Positions 1 to 6,548 of a DNA stretch of 12,400 nt are shown piece by piece; positions within the stretch are counted from its first letter, which is position 1; the number at the start of each line of letters is the position of its first letter. This DNA is from an uncultured Spirochaetota bacterium (GTDB taxonomy: Bacteria > Spirochaetota > Spirochaetia > SZUA-6 > Fen-1364), in assembly GCA_963745235.1 (NCBI GenBank), contig CAVUXE010000086.1, forward strand, positions 1 to 12,400. The letters are read 5' to 3'. Below the pieces are notes generated by a model. The model was not told where the DNA came from, made no database searches, and was given only the letters and a program-made list of their open reading frames with translations. The position numbers and the translations under genes are program-made.

Positions 1-1212
1 GGCGGGTTTGGATCAGGGGGTTCGACTCTCTCGCTGAGCGTGGTCGGCCCCGATCTTAACGTTCTCAACAATCGTAACAATCAAATGCTGCAGGTACTGA
101 GAAGCAATCCCTGGATCGAGGCTGCCTATTCCACGTTGTCCGATACATCGATCGAAACGGATTTCATTCCCGATGCTGCGCACATAATCGGAACAGGGAT
201 CACTCCTGCCATGGTCGCATCAGACCTGCAGACGTACGCCTCCGGCGTGCAGGCCTCCACCGTCGTCACCGGGGGTCTCAGCTACCCCATCCAGGTGCAG
301 GTCGATCCGACGAATCTCTCAGGAGTGCAGTCTCTTGCCAACCTGCCCATTTACGCACCTCTGTTGCAAACCACGGTCCAGGTGGGCCAGCTGGGAAGGT
401 TTGTCCTGAATCAGGCGCCTGTCACCTATAACCGATACAACCGCGAATACACGGGAAACCTCACGATTACCATGAGCCCGGATGCTCCTCCGGCCCTCTC
501 TGTCATGAACAAGATCGCCTTGGACCTCACGAAGGCTGGATTGCTGGACCAAGGGATGGCTTTAGGCCCAGCTGGTCATTTCAACCAGGTAGCCCTCGCC
601 CAGCAGCTCCTTGTGACAGGCCCTCTGACGTTCCTCCTGGCCTTCTTCCTCGCGTACCTGGTCATGGCAGCGCAGTTCAACTCCTGGCGCTATCCCGTGT
701 ACCTGCTTCTGCCCGTGCCCCTTGCCCTGATTGGTGCCCTCGTTCTGGTCTATCTCATAGGTGGCAGTCTGGACATCTTCGGAGTCATGGGCATGCTGAT
801 GCTGATCGGGCTCTCGGCGAAGAACGCCATCCTGTACCTGGACTTCGTGGTGGAGAGGATCGGCAAGATGCCTTTTGTACAAGCGCTCACCGAATCTGCA
901 CGGCTGCGCTTTCGGCCCATCGTCATGACCACCATGACGGTGTTGGTGATCAGCTTCCCGCTGATCATCAGCAAGGGAGAAGGGTCAGAGTTCGGGCAGA
1001 AACTGGGAATAGTGATGCTGGGGGGAATCCTCCTTTCGGCCGTGCTCACCTTCTTTGTAGTGCCTGCGGCATTTTACCTCTTCGAGCGTAAGCGAGTGGC
1101 TCGCATGGAGGAACAGCATGGCCTTGTTGAGGCAGACGGGGGCCAACAACAGCAGCGGGTCGACTCTGATGGGCACGGGGAGTTGCCGGAAAAAGCGCCC
1201 TCGGCCGGTTGA
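1..1212 (+). CDS. RND efflux transporter permease (AcrB/AcrD/AcrF family), C-terminal part; 5' end lies outside the window
   Basis: Frame 1 is open from base 1 to TGA 1210-1212. Motifs LAYLVMAAQFNSWRYP, GLSAKNAILYLDF and ARLRFRPIVMTT match the C-terminal transmembrane half of AcrB-type permeases, including the proton-relay K, R and T. Final helix LTFFVVPAAFYL. Confidence 0.95.
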   Translation, partial: GGFGSGGSTLSLSVVGPDLNVLNNRNNQMLQVLRSNPWIEAAYSTLSDTSIETDFIPDAAHIIGTGITPAMVASDLQTYASGVQASTVVTGGLSYPIQVQVDPTNLSGVQSLANLPIYAPLLQTTVQVGQLGRFVLNQAPVTYNRYNREYTGNLTITMSPDAPPALSVMNKIALDLTKAGLLDQGMALGPAGHFNQVALAQQLLVTGPLTFLLAFFLAYLVMAAQFNSWRYPVYLLLPVPLALIGALVLVYLIGGSLDIFGVMGMLMLIGLSAKNAILYLDFVVERIGKMPFVQALTESARLRFRPIVMTTMTVLVISFPLIISKGEGSEFGQKLGIVMLGGILLSAVLTFFVVPAAFYLFERKRVARMEEQHGLVEADGGQQQQRVDSDGHGELPEKAPSAG

Positions 1213-1440
1213 GAGACCATCGAATATCCGCAGGTCCGCGAAACCATGAGCCGTCCATGTGACTCCGTCGGGTGAGGTCGCCGCTCCATTGCTGCCCCAA
1301 TCGACCGCCAAGGCGGAGTTGGTAAGACCTGCGCTCGGCAAGATCCCCATCCCAACAAAGTGCGGGGGTCGTGGCGGTCCTGAGATCGAGCGATAGGCGC
1401 GCGGAGTTGCGCCGCCGAATCAGCACGGGGTCTGTCTCAT
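1213..1440 (-). pseudogene. Possible remnant of an Asp-box/BNR-like beta-propeller repeat protein
   Basis: Minus strand 1320-1252 reads NSALAVDWGSNGAATSPDGVTWT, resembling the 'FVAV...AATSPDGITWT' blade repeat. An in-frame ATG at 1440 has a GGGGGTG RBS-like element (1452-1446), but TGA follows at codon 7. Only one repeat is present. Confidence 0.4.
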
Positions 1441-1554
1441 GTTTACACCCCCGCGTAGCTCCTGCTCGCGGAGAGACGCCTCACGGATCGGCCCGACTTG
1501 GTGCTCTCATGGAGCAGCGCACCTGACTAAACTAAGGTGACGACTGCAACTTTG

Positions 1555-1800
1555 TCAGGCGGACCGCAATGCGCGATAACTGCTTTGCACAGATCCATTC
1601 GCGTATGAGTGCGTTTCAACGTGGTCCATTCGCATGTCAGCGTTGGTCTTCCCAAAGAGTGGGATTCCTTGACCAATTAGAAGCGGTATTCTCGTGATGA
1701 TCATCTCTTCGATCAAGCCCGCCCTTAAGAATGATTGAATAGTTTGTCCGCCGTCAACATAGATAATGCGACTTCCAGATTCCTCCAACTTCTCTAGTCT
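1555..1800 (-). pseudogene. Dihydrofolate reductase-family (RibD C-terminal domain) gene, 5'-truncated
   Basis: LEKLEESGSRIIYVDGGQTIQSFLRAGLIEEMIITRIPLLIGQGIPLFG...NGSVQSSY is the C-terminal half of RibD_C/DHFR-like proteins. The N-terminal half (SLDGYIA region) is absent and its place is occupied by the GH127 leader. Visibly more AT-rich than its neighbours. Confidence 0.85.
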
Positions 1801-1807
1801 AACCTTA

Positions 1808-1849
1808 TTCCCCAAAGGACGGGAACTCGCTAGTATTCATTTCCGGAGG
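1808..1849 (+). promoter_or_regulatory. Candidate sigma70 promoter and RBS of the GH127/146 gene
   Basis: TTCCCC (1808-1813), 17 nt spacer, TAGTAT (1831-1836). GGAGG at 1845-1849 lies 7 nt before ATG 1857. A short inverted repeat TTCCC-N8-GGGAA (1808-1825) overlaps the -35. Confidence 0.35.
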
Positions 1850-1856
1850 TTCCCGC

Positions 1857-3713
1857 ATGCCCATGTTCGAGCCCTTCTCCCCGGCCGATATCCAGTTGCT
1901 CGATGCCGAGCTGCTGCAAAAGCGCGAGTCCGACCGCGCCTATCTGCTCAAGCTCTCGAGCGATAACCTCCTCAGGCCATACAGGTTCGAGGCCGGGCTC
2001 TGGTCCGAGCCGGGGAAGCCCGAGGACATCCACTGGGGCTGGGAATCGCCCACGAGCCAACTGCGCGGCCACTTCCTCGGCCATTGGCTTTCCGCGGCCT
2101 CCATGCACGCCGCGGCGACGGGCGATCGCGAGATGAGGGGAAAGGCGGAGGCCATCGTCGACGGCCTCGGGCAGTGCCAAGAAGCGAACGGCGGCGAATG
2201 GCTGGGCTCTATCCCGGAGAAATACCTCGAGCGCATCGCGGCCGGCCGCTGGGTTTGGGCGCCGCAGTACACTATCCACAAGACTTTCATGGGCCTTATG
2301 GACGCGCATCGTTTCCTGGGCCGCTCCAAGGCCCTCGAGCTCGCGGAGAACTGGGCGAAGTGGTTCCATCGCTGGACTTCGGCCTTCTCGGACGAGAGGA
2401 TGGATTCGATCATGGATTTCGAGACCGGCGGCATGCTCGAGATCTGGGCGGAGCTTTTCGGCATCACAGGGAAGCCGGAGTACCGCGAGCTCATGGGCCG
2501 CTACACGCGCCGAAGGCTCTTCGACCCGCTCCTCGCGGGCTCGGACCCTCTGTCCAATATGCACGCGAACACGACCATACCCGAGATACTCGGCGCGGCC
2601 CGCGCCTACGAGGTCACGGGCGAGGAGCGATGGCTCGACACAGTGAGGGCCTACTGGGAGCTCGCGGCCGAGAGGCTTCCCCGCTCCGCCACGGGCGGCG
2701 GCACGACGGGCGAGGTGTGGGTGCCGGAGGGGCGGCTGCCTCACCGTCTCGGCGACAAGAACCAGGAGCTCTGCACGGTCTACAACATGATGCGCCTCGC
2801 GGAGTTCCTCCTCAGGCACACGGGCGAAGCGCGCTATGCAGACTACTGGGAGCGGAACCTGCGCAATGGGGTCCTCGCGCAGGGCTTCTGGAGGGGGAGC
2901 CTCGCGCACGGAGCGAAGGCCGACCATCCACTCTCCGGCCTCGTGTCCTACTTCCTGCCCCTTCGTCCCGGCTCGACGAAGCTCTGGGCATCGGAGACCG
3001 ACCATTTCTTCTGCTGCCACGGTTCCAACGTGCAGGCGAACGCGGCGCATACGAAAGGGATCTTCTACAAGGACGGCCCGGGGCTGGCTATCTGCCAGCT
3101 CATTGAGTCGCGGCTCTCATGGGACCGAGGGGGCGAAAAATCCACAGTCGAGATCCGCCGCGTCGACCTCGCGGGGAATACCCAGGGGATAGACGGCGTT
3201 GCGCCCGCCCATCCCGCCCCTCCCGACCGCCAGGCCTTCGAAATCCATGTGTCCTGCCCGCGGACTGCAGAGTTCCCTCTCTCGTTCCGCCTACCCTGGT
3301 GGCTCGCGGGAGAGACCCTGCTATCGGTGAATGGCGAGGCGCGGCGCGTGGACTCGAAGCCCTCGTCCTTCGTCGAAATCAGGCGCGCGTGGAAGGACGA
3401 TCGCGTGCGGATAGAGCTGCCCAAGCGCCTCGCATCGCAGCGCCTCCCCGGCTCGGAGGACATGTACGCCTTCATGGACGGTCCTGATCTTCTCGCGGGC
3501 CTCTGCTCCGAGGAGCGCATCCTCTACTGCGAGAATCCGGCGGCGCCGGAGAGAGTCCTCGTCTCCGACGACGAGAGAGAGTGGGGCAGGTGGAAGGGCG
3601 GCTACAAGACCCGAGGCCAGGATCCGGGCATCCGCTTCATGCCCTTGCGCGAGGTCGGGTACGAGCGCTATTCGGTATACTTCCCCGTCGCGCCGCGCCA
3701 AACGCTGCGCTGA
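1857..3713 (+). CDS. Beta-L-arabinofuranosidase-like glycoside hydrolase, GH127/GH146 (DUF1680), 618 aa, no signal peptide
   Basis: Motifs GWESPTSQLRGHFLGHWLSA, YTIHKTFMGLMD, ETGGM, HANTTIPEILG, QELCTVYNMMRL (E-x-C) and FFCCHGS (Cys-Cys), plus a C-terminal beta-sandwich FRLPWWL. RBS GGAGG; strong G/C third-position bias. Confidence 0.93.
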   Translation: MPMFEPFSPADIQLLDAELLQKRESDRAYLLKLSSDNLLRPYRFEAGLWSEPGKPEDIHWGWESPTSQLRGHFLGHWLSAASMHAAATGDREMRGKAEAIVDGLGQCQEANGGEWLGSIPEKYLERIAAGRWVWAPQYTIHKTFMGLMDAHRFLGRSKALELAENWAKWFHRWTSAFSDERMDSIMDFETGGMLEIWAELFGITGKPEYRELMGRYTRRRLFDPLLAGSDPLSNMHANTTIPEILGAARAYEVTGEERWLDTVRAYWELAAERLPRSATGGGTTGEVWVPEGRLPHRLGDKNQELCTVYNMMRLAEFLLRHTGEARYADYWERNLRNGVLAQGFWRGSLAHGAKADHPLSGLVSYFLPLRPGSTKLWASETDHFFCCHGSNVQANAAHTKGIFYKDGPGLAICQLIESRLSWDRGGEKSTVEIRRVDLAGNTQGIDGVAPAHPAPPDRQAFEIHVSCPRTAEFPLSFRLPWWLAGETLLSVNGEARRVDSKPSSFVEIRRAWKDDRVRIELPKRLASQRLPGSEDMYAFMDGPDLLAGLCSEERILYCENPAAPERVLVSDDEREWGRWKGGYKTRGQDPGIRFMPLREVGYERYSVYFPVAPRQTLR

Positions 3714-4094
3714 GCCCGGAGGCGGTCATTCACAAACAGAGTATGCCTGCCGGAAAACAGTGATCTAAGGTTGAGCGCGTGGGACAATTCAGTCAGTCCA
3801 CAAAAGCACTGGCAGCAGCCGAAACCGAACCTTCTGAGAAAGAAAATCTTGTCCAGAACTGCGCTCCGCGGGTTCGACGACACTTGCTGCCTTGCTGCCC
3901 TTATTTGGCAACAAAGAGGAGGATAGGACTGCGCCCTTCGACAAAAAAAAGACGGGTGGCGCAAAATCGAACAGTCTCGGTGTTGTATACGACGAATCAT
4001 CGCCAAGTAGCAGAAGCGACTGATCCCAGGAGTGTATTGAGAGTTCTCCGCAGAGCGCGCTTCGCTATGCGAAGATTCGAGGAGAGTAAGCGCC

Positions 4095-5261
4095 ATGCTC
4101 AACACGTTACCGCTCGCAGACACTGCGACAAAGCGCCTCGGATACCTGGACAACCTGAGGTCGTTCGTCATCTTCCTTGTGGTCGTAATGCATTCGAACG
4201 TGACCTACAGCGGAATCGGTAGCTGGTACTATACGGAAGGCAACCCAGCAAGCTTGGACACGGTGTCACGGATACTTTTCGCCTTGTACGGGTCTTTCAC
4301 GCAGGCATGGTTCATGGGAATCCTGTTTTTCCTGGCCGCTTTTTTTGCAGCCAGGTCGCTTGCAAAGCGCGGACCGGCTGCTTTCGCGAAAGAGAGGCTC
4401 TTCCGCCTCGGGGTTCCGCTGCTCATCTACATGTTCGTCATCGACCCCTTCATTGGGTACTTCATCATGAACTATGGAAACATCCGGGAACACTCCAACG
4501 TCTTGCGGTTCTACCTTGATTACCTCGGCTCTTTCCGCTGGATTGGGTCTACCGGGCCTCTCTGGTTCGTCGAAGCGCTTCTGCTTTTCAGTCTTTTCTA
4601 CGCCGCGTGGAGAGCTGTCCGACGGCCCGCAAAGACCCCTGGTGAGCCGCCACGGGTCATGACAGTGATCCTCATCATTGTGGCAACGGGACTGGGGGCG
4701 TTTTCCATCAGACTGTTCCAGCCCATCGGAACCAGCGTCGCAAATCTGCAGCTGTGCTTTTTCGCCTCCTACATCGCGCTCTTCCTCCTTGGCCTCCATG
4801 CCGGAGAAAGGCGATGGCTGGAGAACTTCCCCGAGAAACAGGGGCTCACTTGGTTCACGGTTGTCCTTGGCGCCGGGTTGGTCCTTTGGAATGTGATCAT
4901 GATTGGAGGTGGAGCGGCTCGAGGAGAGATCCTTTTCACCGGCGGCCTCAACTGGCAGAGCTTTGTCTATGCGTTCTGGGAGGCCTTTGTGGCCATCGGC
5001 TTCTCCCTGGGCATGATTGCCTTCTTCCGCAAGTACCTGAACGTCGACAACCGATTCACGAGGCTCCTGGGGGCAAACTCATTCGCGATCTATATGTTCC
5101 ACGCTCCCATCCTCATCACGATCTCTCTGCTCGTGAGGCCCTGGCATGGCGCTCCCCTGCTCAAGCACGTGGCGGTCGCACCTCTTGCCTTTGCAATCAC
5201 GCTGGCCTTTTCATTCCTGATCGTGCGCCGTATTCCGGGACTTCGGGCAGTGCTGAAGTAG
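4095..5261 (+). CDS. Acyltransferase family 3 (OpgC/MdoC-like) integral membrane O-acyltransferase, 388 aa
   Basis: RLGYLDNLR...VVVMH (conserved Arg/His of TM1), FMGILFF, ERLFRLGVP, GPLWFV, SFAIYMFH; about 10 hydrophobic segments. RBS GAGGAG at 4079-4084. Confidence 0.92.
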   Translation: MLNTLPLADTATKRLGYLDNLRSFVIFLVVVMHSNVTYSGIGSWYYTEGNPASLDTVSRILFALYGSFTQAWFMGILFFLAAFFAARSLAKRGPAAFAKERLFRLGVPLLIYMFVIDPFIGYFIMNYGNIREHSNVLRFYLDYLGSFRWIGSTGPLWFVEALLLFSLFYAAWRAVRRPAKTPGEPPRVMTVILIIVATGLGAFSIRLFQPIGTSVANLQLCFFASYIALFLLGLHAGERRWLENFPEKQGLTWFTVVLGAGLVLWNVIMIGGGAARGEILFTGGLNWQSFVYAFWEAFVAIGFSLGMIAFFRKYLNVDNRFTRLLGANSFAIYMFHAPILITISLLVRPWHGAPLLKHVAVAPLAFAITLAFSFLIVRRIPGLRAVLK

Positions 5262-5298
5262 GCAAGCAACAAGGATTTGCCTGAAGTCGTTGAGGAAT

Positions 5299-5337
5299 GG
5301 AGGTATCGAAATGAATGCCGTTGAAGGGAGAGACTAA
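5299..5337 (+). pseudogene. Orphan gene start: strong RBS plus 8 codons (MNAVEGRD*) ending at the IS boundary
   Basis: GGAGGT at 5299-5304, 6 nt spacer, ATG at 5311. The frame ends at TAA 5335-5337, immediately before the IS5 terminal sequence. Confidence 0.45.
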
Positions 5338-5712
5338 GAGGCTCTAACATAGTGGCGGCCAAGAGACCAGCGCCGACCAGCAGATCATGATGCAGCCGAG
5401 CATGAGAAACGCCTCGTGGATGTCTGCGCGCTTCTCGTAGCGCACACGCAGCCGTCGGTTCTGGTGCAGCCACGAGAGTGTCCGCTCGACTACCTATCGC
5501 TTCTTTCCGAGGCCGCTGCCGTGTGCGTTCCCACGCTCACGGATCAGCGGCTTGATCAATCTGGTCCTCAGCTCCTTTCGATGACGTCGCGAATCATAGC
5601 CAGCGTCACCCAGGAGTGCGTCTGGCCGCCTCTGGGGCCGACCCCGTTTGCCGCCGATGGCGGGAATCGCATCCACCAGCGGCAACAACTGCCCGTCGGG
5701 TTCGGCCCCGTC
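5338..5712 (-). mobile_element. Truncated IS5-family insertion sequence (right end only)
   Basis: A transposase C-terminus on the minus strand runs into a terminal sequence GAGGCTCTAACA (5338 onward on +), preceded by TAA, which is typical of IS5-family IS427/IS1031-type ends and targets. No left end or transposase N-terminus was found. Confidence 0.85.
5344..5712 (-). pseudogene. IS5-family DDE transposase C-terminal fragment with a nonsense mutation
   Basis: QLLPLVDAIPAIGGKRGRPQRRPDALLGDAGYDS...GSGLGKKR*VVERTLSWLHQNRRLRVRYEKRADIHEAFLMLGCIMICW. TAG at 5496-5494 replaces the Trp of the conserved RWVVER motif. The natural stop is at 5346-5344. Confidence 0.9.
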
Positions 5713-5736
5713 TTGCTCCCCAATAGAGGAGCGTCG

Positions 5737-5936
5737 ATGTTGGCACTACTTCTACCAGACGAAATAGAGGAGCGCTTGGATAGCCTTGCGAAACGAACAG
5801 GACGTTCCAAGTCCTACTACGCCCGCGAAGCCTCGAAGACGTCTACCTGGCGGAAAAGGAACTTCAAAAGATCCGACGCGGAGCAAAAACCCACAGTTTG
5901 GAAGATGTCATGAAAGAATATGGCCTGGGCGGCTAG
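5737..5936 (+). pseudogene. Ribbon-helix-helix (RelB/CopG-like) antitoxin with a frameshifting internal deletion
   Basis: RBS GAGGAG at 5726-5731. MLALLLPDEIEERLDSLAKRTGRSKSYYAREA, then in a shifted frame from 5832 LEDVYLAEKELQKIRRGAKTHSLEDVMKEYGLGG*. About 7 residues usually found between REA and LED are missing. Confidence 0.85.
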
Positions 5937-6188
5937 GCTGAGCGATCGTGCACGGAAGGGTCTAAAAAAGCTTGATCGACAGGTAGCCACGCGGGTGCTG
6001 AGGTTCTTTCACGAAAGGATAGAGGGCGAGAATGATCCGCGGAGCATCGCGCCGCGCTGGAAGGCTCGGAGCTCGGAGAGTCCTGGAGGTATCATATCGG
6101 GGACTGGCGAGCGGTCTGCCGAATCGAGTATGAGGCGGTGACAGTTCTCGTGCTCACGGTCGAACATCGGAGCCAAGTCTACAAATGA
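5920..6188 (+). pseudogene. RelE/ParE-family toxin, frameshifted
   Basis: MAWAARLSDRARKGLKKLDRQVATRVLRFFHERIEGENDPRSI, a 1-nt loss at ~6049, then AALEGSELGESWRYHIGDWRAVCRIEYEAVTVLVLTVEHRSQVYK* (TGA 6186-6188). Overlaps the antitoxin 3' end as in canonical type II TA operons. Confidence 0.88.
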
Positions 6189-6216
6189 TCGCTGGCCTTC
6201 CCTGACAAGCCCATCA

Positions 6217-6339
6217 TGCCTTTCCTGCATGAGAAGCGATGGCCTCTTTCATGACGTCCCGGATGATCCTTCAACCTTTGTGGAGACGAACTTGTCCCAG
6301 ATGATGAGCTACGTTCTTTTTCGCGGCACTCATCGTTAA
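6217..6339 (+). pseudogene. Internal fragment of a GH88/GH105-type unsaturated glycuronyl hydrolase
   Basis: Frame from 6217 reads CLSCMRSDGLFHDVPDDPSTFVETNLSQMMSYVLFRG, resembling from memory the 'DGLFHxVxDDPxTFVETNLxQMLAY...RG' segment of these enzymes. It is below the ORF-track length cutoff and has no gene start. Confidence 0.6.
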
Positions 6340-6395
6340 TCCCACCCTTTTCCTACGCAGACCATCTTGGCACTGGTCGCGAAGGACATTATTCA

Positions 6396-6453
6396 GGGTT
6401 AGATTTTTGAGTGAGGCAAATCAGTCCGTCGGGTTGGATTTCCGGTGAGGCAA
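6396..6453 (+). repeat. Imperfect tandem direct repeat (24 and 23 nt)
   Basis: GGGTTaGATTTttgaGTGAGGCAA (6396-6419) and GGGTTgGATTTccgGTGAGGCAA (6431-6453). Confidence 0.7.
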
Positions 6454-6462
6454 TGCGTCTCC

Positions 6463-6541
6463 TTTTGCCCCGGGGGTTTTCGTGGTATAGTTGCTGGTAG
6501 ATCCCCAAAAGTTGCAATCCCGGAAGCACTGGAAGCGGAGG
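6463..6541 (+). promoter_or_regulatory. Candidate extended -10 sigma70 promoter and RBS of the barrel-TGase-TPR operon
   Basis: TG-n-TATAGT at 6483-6491, weak -35 region TTTTGCCC at 6463-6470, RBS GGAGG at 6537-6541 before GTG 6549. Confidence 0.5.
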
Positions 6542-6548
6542 CCCCCTG

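Noticed and set aside
1312-1329. Plus-strand GGVGKT resembling the ParA/MinD deviant Walker A motif
   Set aside because: The signature Lys before GG is missing (Gln instead), an in-frame TGA lies at 1273 with no start after it, and nothing ParA-like follows. It is the in-register antisense of the minus-strand remnant.
1830-3106. Long overlapping ORFs (406 aa on minus, 340 aa on plus) over the GH127/146 gene
   Set aside because: Shadow ORFs expected from high GC3; Arg/Gly/Pro-rich with no recognisable motifs.
3728-3832. Loose resemblance to a c-di-GMP-I (GEMM) riboswitch (AAAC...TCTAAGG...GGCAGC...ACCGA)
   Set aside because: The GGCAAA / GAAA tetraloop / GACGCAAA core is absent and the pairing order does not fit. 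An Rfam hit would be needed.
3668-4222. ORFs 3779-4222 (+) and 3668-4171 (-) across the spacer
   Set aside because: No convincing RBS or motifs, and they overlap real genes out of frame.
5260-5282. Hairpin AGGCAAG...TTTGCCT after the acyltransferase stop
   Set aside because: Weak 7-bp stem, 9-nt loop and no U-tract; insufficient for a terminator call.
5494-5496. In-frame TAG in the transposase as possible recoding or readthrough
   Set aside because: A single TGG-to-TAG change in an element that is already truncated. TAG serves as the normal stop of several genes in this window.
5416-5913. 165-aa plus-strand ORF
   Set aside because: A chimera of IS5 antisense sequence and the antitoxin N-terminus, whose real start is 5737.
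6396-6453. Direct repeat pair as a mini-CRISPR array
   Set aside because: Only two imperfect copies with an 11-nt spacer, no palindrome and no cas genes.
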